Below are positions 17,758-21,906 of a stretch of DNA of 21,906 nt, in pieces; position 1 is the first letter of the stretch; each line of letters begins with the position of its first letter. The DNA comes from Nitrospinales bacterium (GTDB taxonomy: Bacteria > Nitrospinota > Nitrospinia > Nitrospinales > JAJDAT01): positions 1 to 21,906 of the forward strand of contig JBHHYO010000048.1 in NCBI GenBank assembly GCA_046757665.1, given 5' to 3'. Position numbers and translations under genes: made by a program. A model generated the notes under the pieces. It did not search any database. It was not told the origin of the DNA and worked only from the letters and a program-made list of their open reading frames with translations.

Positions 17758-18276
17758 TCAATCGAAATCTTCCGGCTTGAGACCAAACTCCTTATAACAA
17801 TCGCCCAGAAGGTTTTCGGTGTTTGCCGCCATTTGCTGATCGCCCCGCGCCACAAACAGCCGTCGCGCCTCGCGGAGATGGTGAATGGTGTCCCTGCCCT
17901 GTTTCAGTGAATAATGCAACATCGCAAGGTTGCCGTGGGCCTTGGCAAATTCCGGGTCCAGGCGAATGGCTTCCCGGTAATGTTGCATGGCCTCATCGGT
18001 GTGGCCAATCAGGTTGCTGACCACTGCCAGGCTGTAATGGCACATGGGATCATCCGGCCTCAACTCCACGGATTTCCGGAAACACTCGGCGGCCTTGATG
18101 TTCATGGGAACCTTGCCGTAACGAATGCCCAGATTGAAATGCGCCTTGAAGTGGCCGGGGTCTTGCTCCACGGCTTTTTTATAGGCCTCGATGGCCTTTT
18201 CATTTTGGCCGAGCCGCCCCAGGGCCAGCCCCTCCTTGAACCAGTCTTCCGCGGTTTTAGTGGATGCGGTATTCAT
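17758..18276 (-). CDS. Cytoplasmic TPR protein
   Basis: About 4 TPRs (AEDWFKEGLAL…DPGHFKAHFNLG…DPEFAKAHGNLA); no signal peptide. Confidence 0.9.
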   Translation of the reverse strand: MNTASTKTAEDWFKEGLALGRLGQNEKAIEAYKKAVEQDPGHFKAHFNLGIRYGKVPMNIKAAECFRKSVELRPDDPMCHYSLAVVSNLIGHTDEAMQHYREAIRLDPEFAKAHGNLAMLHYSLKQGRDTIHHLREARRLFVARGDQQMAANTENLLGDCYKEFGLKPEDFD

Positions 18277-18403
18277 ATGGCTTTTCCGAGTCTCCCTGTA
18301 ATGAAAGCTCTTGCGAGAGCAGAAATTGAAATTTGGATTTTAGATATGCTAACGTATTAGCGTCCTCAATTGCAAACATTCACGCGGAAAATAAAGGAAG
18401 ACC

Positions 18404-18679
18404 ATGACCATTGAACCCGGATCCGAGGAAGAACGAGTTCTTCTAAGCAAATGGATTAAAAAAGGCCGTCATCTGATCGTCGGCTCCTCTCCGCTGGGCG
18501 AGTCTTACCTCGACCCCAACGTCAAGCGGGAGGGGGACGCCGCCGAGCAGGCGGAAGAGTATGTCACGTTCGACCACGAAGTCGCAAAAAAACTGCCCCA
18601 CATGAAAGGCAAGTTCCGTTACGAACTGGAAACCTATTACAGCGACACATGGGGGCCTTACCTGCCGAAAACGGATTGA
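18404..18679 (+). CDS. 91-aa hypothetical soluble protein
   Basis: SD AAGGA upstream, GC3-rich codon usage like its neighbours, fills the gap between the TPR gene and the convergent reductase. Confidence 0.8.
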   Translation: MTIEPGSEEERVLLSKWIKKGRHLIVGSSPLGESYLDPNVKREGDAAEQAEEYVTFDHEVAKKLPHMKGKFRYELETYYSDTWGPYLPKTD

Positions 18680-18715
18680 GGAGCGGGTCACAACGCCCAT
18701 GGCGGAATTTTTTCC

Positions 18716-20155
18716 TCACCGCCGCCAGGCATGGAATTTTCGCAGAAAATTGAGGAGGGCTCGCGGAGCGTTCGCCTTTTTCCACACCCCGGCGGCGTAT
18801 TTGTTGGCCTCGGCCATGGTGGGATAAATATGAATGGTCCCCAGAATCCTGTTCAGTCCGACACCGTTTTTCATGGCGGAGACATACTCGGCGATCAAAT
18901 CGCCGGCATGGTATCCCATGATGGTGACTCCCAGGATTTTATCTTTTCCGGGAACGGTTAAAACTTTAACGGCGCCGTGATCCTCGCCGTCGGCGATGGC
19001 CCGGTCGAGGTCGTCGATGCCGTACCGGGAAACGTGACAGGGTATGCCCTGGGCTCCGGCTTCCGTTTCATTGATTCCCACCCGCGCCACCTCCGGGTCG
19101 GTGAAGGTGCACCAGGGGATCACCCGGTAATCGACCTTGAACTTCTTGATGGGGCTGAACAGGGCGTTGACGGCGCAATACCAGGCCTGATGGGCCGCGG
19201 TGTGGGTGAACTGATAGGGCCCCGCGACGTCGCCGCAGGCGTAAATATTTTCGTGGGCCGTGGTTCGCATGTATGAGTCCACCTCGACGGTGCCGCGCGG
19301 CCCCAGCTTGACGCCGATGTCTTCCAGGCCAAGCCCCGCGGTATTCGCCTTGCGCCCGACGGCCACCAGAATGCGGTCGAACTCCACCCGGTCCTGCTTG
19401 CCGTCGGCCTCCGTAACCATAAAGCGGCGGCCGTTTTCCACGACGATTTTTTTGCAAGTGGTGTTGACTCTTACGTCAATGCCGTCCTGAATAAACCGCT
19501 CGCGCAGGGCGTCGCTGAACTCCTTGTCCTCCCGGGAGATGAGCGCCGGCAACATTTCCACCTGGGTGACGCGACTGCCGAGGCGCGCGAAACACTGGGC
19601 CAGTTCGGAGCCGATCGGTCCGCCGCCCGCCACCACCAGTCGTTTCGGCAATTCGCGGAGGTCCCAAAGGTTGTCCGAGGTCAGGGGCTCCACCTGGTCC
19701 AACCCGGGAATCGGCGGCACAACGGCGCGGGCGCCGCTGGCGATGATGATGTTGCCGGTCGTCAGCGTTTTGCCGTTGACGCTGACCTCGTGGGGAGAAA
19801 CCACCCGGGCCTCGCCTGCATAACAGTCCACGCCCAAACCCCGGTACCGTTCTACGCTGTCGTGGGGCGCTACCTTGCGGATCACGCTTTGCACCCGCTC
19901 CATCACCTCGGCAAAATCGAAGTCGACGGCAACGGAGCGGATGCCGAATTCTTTATGGCGTTTCATGTAGGAAAGCATCTTGGCGGTGCGAATCAGGGCC
20001 TTGCTGGGGATACACCCGGTGTTCAGGCAGTCACCACCCATCTTGTGTTTTTCGATCAAGGCTACCCTGGCCTTTACCGCCGCGGCAATATACGCGGAAG
20101 ACAACCCCGCCGACCCCCCGCCGATGACAACGATGTTGTAATCCTTTTTCGCCAT
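18716..20155 (-). CDS. Class I flavoprotein disulfide reductase (MerA/Lpd-like, 'HIYPT' subtype, no C-terminal Cys pair)
   Basis: GGGSAG, GGDCLNTGCIPSK, GGGPIGSE…VEM, GPYQFTHTA, HIYPTMAE. Confidence 0.93.
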   Translation of the reverse strand: MAKKDYNIVVIGGGSAGLSSAYIAAAVKARVALIEKHKMGGDCLNTGCIPSKALIRTAKMLSYMKRHKEFGIRSVAVDFDFAEVMERVQSVIRKVAPHDSVERYRGLGVDCYAGEARVVSPHEVSVNGKTLTTGNIIIASGARAVVPPIPGLDQVEPLTSDNLWDLRELPKRLVVAGGGPIGSELAQCFARLGSRVTQVEMLPALISREDKEFSDALRERFIQDGIDVRVNTTCKKIVVENGRRFMVTEADGKQDRVEFDRILVAVGRKANTAGLGLEDIGVKLGPRGTVEVDSYMRTTAHENIYACGDVAGPYQFTHTAAHQAWYCAVNALFSPIKKFKVDYRVIPWCTFTDPEVARVGINETEAGAQGIPCHVSRYGIDDLDRAIADGEDHGAVKVLTVPGKDKILGVTIMGYHAGDLIAEYVSAMKNGVGLNRILGTIHIYPTMAEANKYAAGVWKKANAPRALLNFLRKFHAWRR

Positions 20156-20245
20156 TACAGCCCCTTTGCTAACGTTTGGAAAATACAGACAGGTTAAGTC
20201 CGCGATTCGCCGGTTTCCTTACACTCGGCGTTTTTCGTTGGCGAA

Positions 20246-20965
20246 TCAATCGAAAATTTCGCCGCCGGCAATGCGCCGACGCTTTTTGCCGCGATCCAAC
20301 GGATGGTCGTATCCGGGCAGAATCGTGCCGTCGGTGGAATAGGGTCCCAGTTTGCTCCAGGTGCCGTACTGGGAGCGGTCCACGTACTCGATCTCCACAA
20401 TGGCCTTGGGATTTTTGTATCCGTATTTGAAGGGAACGATCACCCGCAGAGGAAAACCATGCTCATGGGTCAACGGCGTCCCGTTCATGGAATAAACCAG
20501 AAGGGCGCGCTGACGGCCGAGGGTTTCACGATCCAGATGCTCCACGTAGGTGTCGGCGCAGTGAAAGACCACGCCCTCGGCCTGCGGAGACGGGCGAACG
20601 ATTTTCTCCAGCTCGGAAAAATGGAACCCCCGCCACTCGGCCTTGGCGGACCAGCATTCGACGCATTTCAAACGCGACACCTGGGTGCGCGCCGGCAGGG
20701 CCTGAAGCTCGTCCAGGGTAAACTCGCGGGGATTCGCGCACAGGCCATGCACCCGGAGCGTCCAGGCCTCCAGCTTCACCCGCCGCATGGGTTTGAAATA
20801 ATTTATATAAAACTTCCAGTACCGGCCCTCGCGGGTCTTGCCGACAAAATCGGTGCCGGAAAAATAATCGATCCCCGCCCGCGCCTTTTTGGGAAGAGCC
20901 AGGGCCGCCGGGACCAAGGCGCAAAACAGGGCCAGCAGGCGGTGCAAAAAAGTTCTTCGATTCAC
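20246..20965 (-). CDS. Tat-exported molybdopterin oxidoreductase, sulfite-oxidase/MsrP (YedY) family
   Basis: Twin-arginine signal NRRTFL…KARA, Mo-ligand motif KCVECWSAKAEWRG, LTHEHGFPLRVIVPFKYGYKNPKAI. GTG 20965 is the likely start (alternative ATG 20998). Confidence 0.9.
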   Translation of the reverse strand: MNRRTFLHRLLALFCALVPAALALPKKARAGIDYFSGTDFVGKTREGRYWKFYINYFKPMRRVKLEAWTLRVHGLCANPREFTLDELQALPARTQVSRLKCVECWSAKAEWRGFHFSELEKIVRPSPQAEGVVFHCADTYVEHLDRETLGRQRALLVYSMNGTPLTHEHGFPLRVIVPFKYGYKNPKAIVEIEYVDRSQYGTWSKLGPYSTDGTILPGYDHPLDRGKKRRRIAGGEIFD

Positions 20966-20976
20966 TTCACCGGTGT

Positions 20977-21630
20977 TTATTGTTTGGATCGGGCGCATCG
21001 GAATCCCAGAAAAACAAATTTTTTGTCGGCGGGGACAAAGTTTCTTTCAAACGTTTTGCCGTACTCGTAATCGAGGTGGAAATTCCATAACCCGCCACGG
21101 ATGATTTTTTTATTGCCGGCGCCGCTTGCCGTCCATTCCCAAACCGAGCTTGCCATGCCGCGCGCGCCATACACGGACACGTCTTTTTTATCGAAACCCA
21201 CCTTGCGTTTGATGAGCCCCGAATGAAACGGATGGGGTTTGCGTCTGGGTTTTTTATTGCCCCAGGGGTAAACCAGGCCGTCGGGGCCGCGGGCGGCCTT
21301 CTCCCATTCCGCCTCGGTGGGAAGCCGCTTGCCCAGGCGTCCGCAAAACTCCTCGGCCTGCCGCCAGGAAACGGAGGATACGGGATGCCGCTCGGCTCCC
21401 GGCGGAAAACGATGACCGGCAAACTGTCGGACAAACTCGGCGTTCGCCACCTCAAGGCGGTCGATAAAAAAAGCGTCGAGGACGATGGTCCTGCGCGGCG
21501 CGGCATCCGGGTCCGCGTCATCCCCCATGACAAAAGGCCCCGCCGGAACCTCCACCATGTCGGACGAATACACCGGGTTTGCAAGAAAAACAAACAACGC
21601 CACGGTGACAAATGATACCCCGTACCCCAT
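20977..21630 (-). CDS. Exported FGE-sulfatase (SUMF1) domain protein lacking the catalytic FGE cysteines
   Basis: Signal peptide, MVEVPAGPFVMG, FIDRLEVAN, RLPTEAEWEKAARG, YPWG, MASSVWEW, RGG, LGFRCA. Confidence 0.9.
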   Translation of the reverse strand: MGYGVSFVTVALFVFLANPVYSSDMVEVPAGPFVMGDDADPDAAPRRTIVLDAFFIDRLEVANAEFVRQFAGHRFPPGAERHPVSSVSWRQAEEFCGRLGKRLPTEAEWEKAARGPDGLVYPWGNKKPRRKPHPFHSGLIKRKVGFDKKDVSVYGARGMASSVWEWTASGAGNKKIIRGGLWNFHLDYEYGKTFERNFVPADKKFVFLGFRCARSKQ

Positions 21631-21636
21631 GGACAA

Positions 21637-21666
21637 AGTTTAACAGGAACGCGGGACACAGGGCAA
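21637..21666 (-). promoter_or_regulatory. Putative extended -10 sigma70 promoter placing +1 at the FGE start codon (leaderless)
   Basis: Minus strand TTGCCC (21666-21661), 18 nt, TGt-TAAACT (-10 at 21642-21637), 6 nt, ATG (21630); no SD. Confidence 0.5.
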
Positions 21667-21817
21667 GAAATCGCAAGCACGAAGAAAATAATCAACACAT
21701 TATTTTTATTGTATTATATTTGAACAATCAAATTTGGTGTGTTATATTATTATTAAAATTCATACCCCGCCTTAAGGAAACTATCTATGCGAATTCTATT
21801 ATCGCAGGAGAGTTTGA

Positions 21818-21892
21818 ATGAAAAAGAACTACGATTCCTCGGAAGCGGGTCAACTAGTACTTAGTTGCATAAATAGAAGTATTTACATATAA
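21818..21892 (+). CDS. Possible 24-aa small ORF MKKNYDSSEAGQLVLSCINRSIYI
   Basis: SD AGGAG (21806-21810) 7 nt before the ATG; no homology recognised. Confidence 0.25.
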   Translation: MKKNYDSSEAGQLVLSCINRSIYI

Positions 21893-21893
21893 T
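21865..21893 (+). promoter_or_regulatory. Sigma70 promoter firing out of the right edge of the window
   Basis: TTGCAT (21865-21870), 17 nt, perfect TATAAT (21888-21893). Confidence 0.65.
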
Positions 21894-21906
21894 ATCCTCC
21901 AAGAGC

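Noticed and set aside
16041-20155. Calling either reductase merA or lpdA
   Set aside because: No C-terminal Cys-Cys, NmerA domain or mer genes, and no E1/E2 context; substrate cannot be assigned
20977-21630. True formylglycine-generating enzyme or EgtB
   Set aside because: Lacks the C-terminal catalytic Cys pair and the DinB domain; no sulfatase nearby
21718-21733. FNR box
   Set aside because: TTGA-N4-TCAA spacing is 2 nt shorter than the FNR consensus TTGAT-N4-ATCAA
1-21906. CRISPR arrays, tRNA/rRNA, transposases, selenocysteine read-through
   Set aside because: No spaced direct repeats, cloverleafs or transposase motifs were seen, and TGA stops fall at natural protein ends

Overview
A 21.9-kb, gene-dense bacterial chromosomal segment of moderately high GC with AT-richer ends. 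The gene set and style suggest a Nitrospinota/Nitrospina-like Gram-negative organism; this is an inference, not verified. In order, it contains: a partial GT-C (ArnT/PMT-like) glycosyltransferase missed by the ORF track; a CusS/CusR-like two-component system preceded by a 68-aa Cys/Met-rich half-ferritin-like protein and a small membrane protein; an SDR; gatB; a DUF1566/Lcl exported protein and a TPR protein; a structured ~125-nt intergenic element ahead of an exported-protein + bcp pair; a traB-family / 2-hydroxyacid dehydrogenase / halide-thiol methyltransferase / Xaa-Pro peptidase operon; uvrB; a flavoprotein disulfide reductase overlapping a PilZ/YcgR-like gene; a REP/RPE-like palindromic element; a TPR protein; a 91-aa hypothetical; and an FGE-domain / Tat molybdoenzyme (MsrP/sulfite-oxidase family) / flavoprotein disulfide reductase cluster with no msrQ. 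I found no CRISPR array, tRNA, rRNA or transposase. The best candidates for undescribed biology are the Cys-substituted half-ferritin coupled to the two-component system, the FGE-Mo enzyme-flavoreductase cluster, and the structured RNA candidate at 7851-7975.
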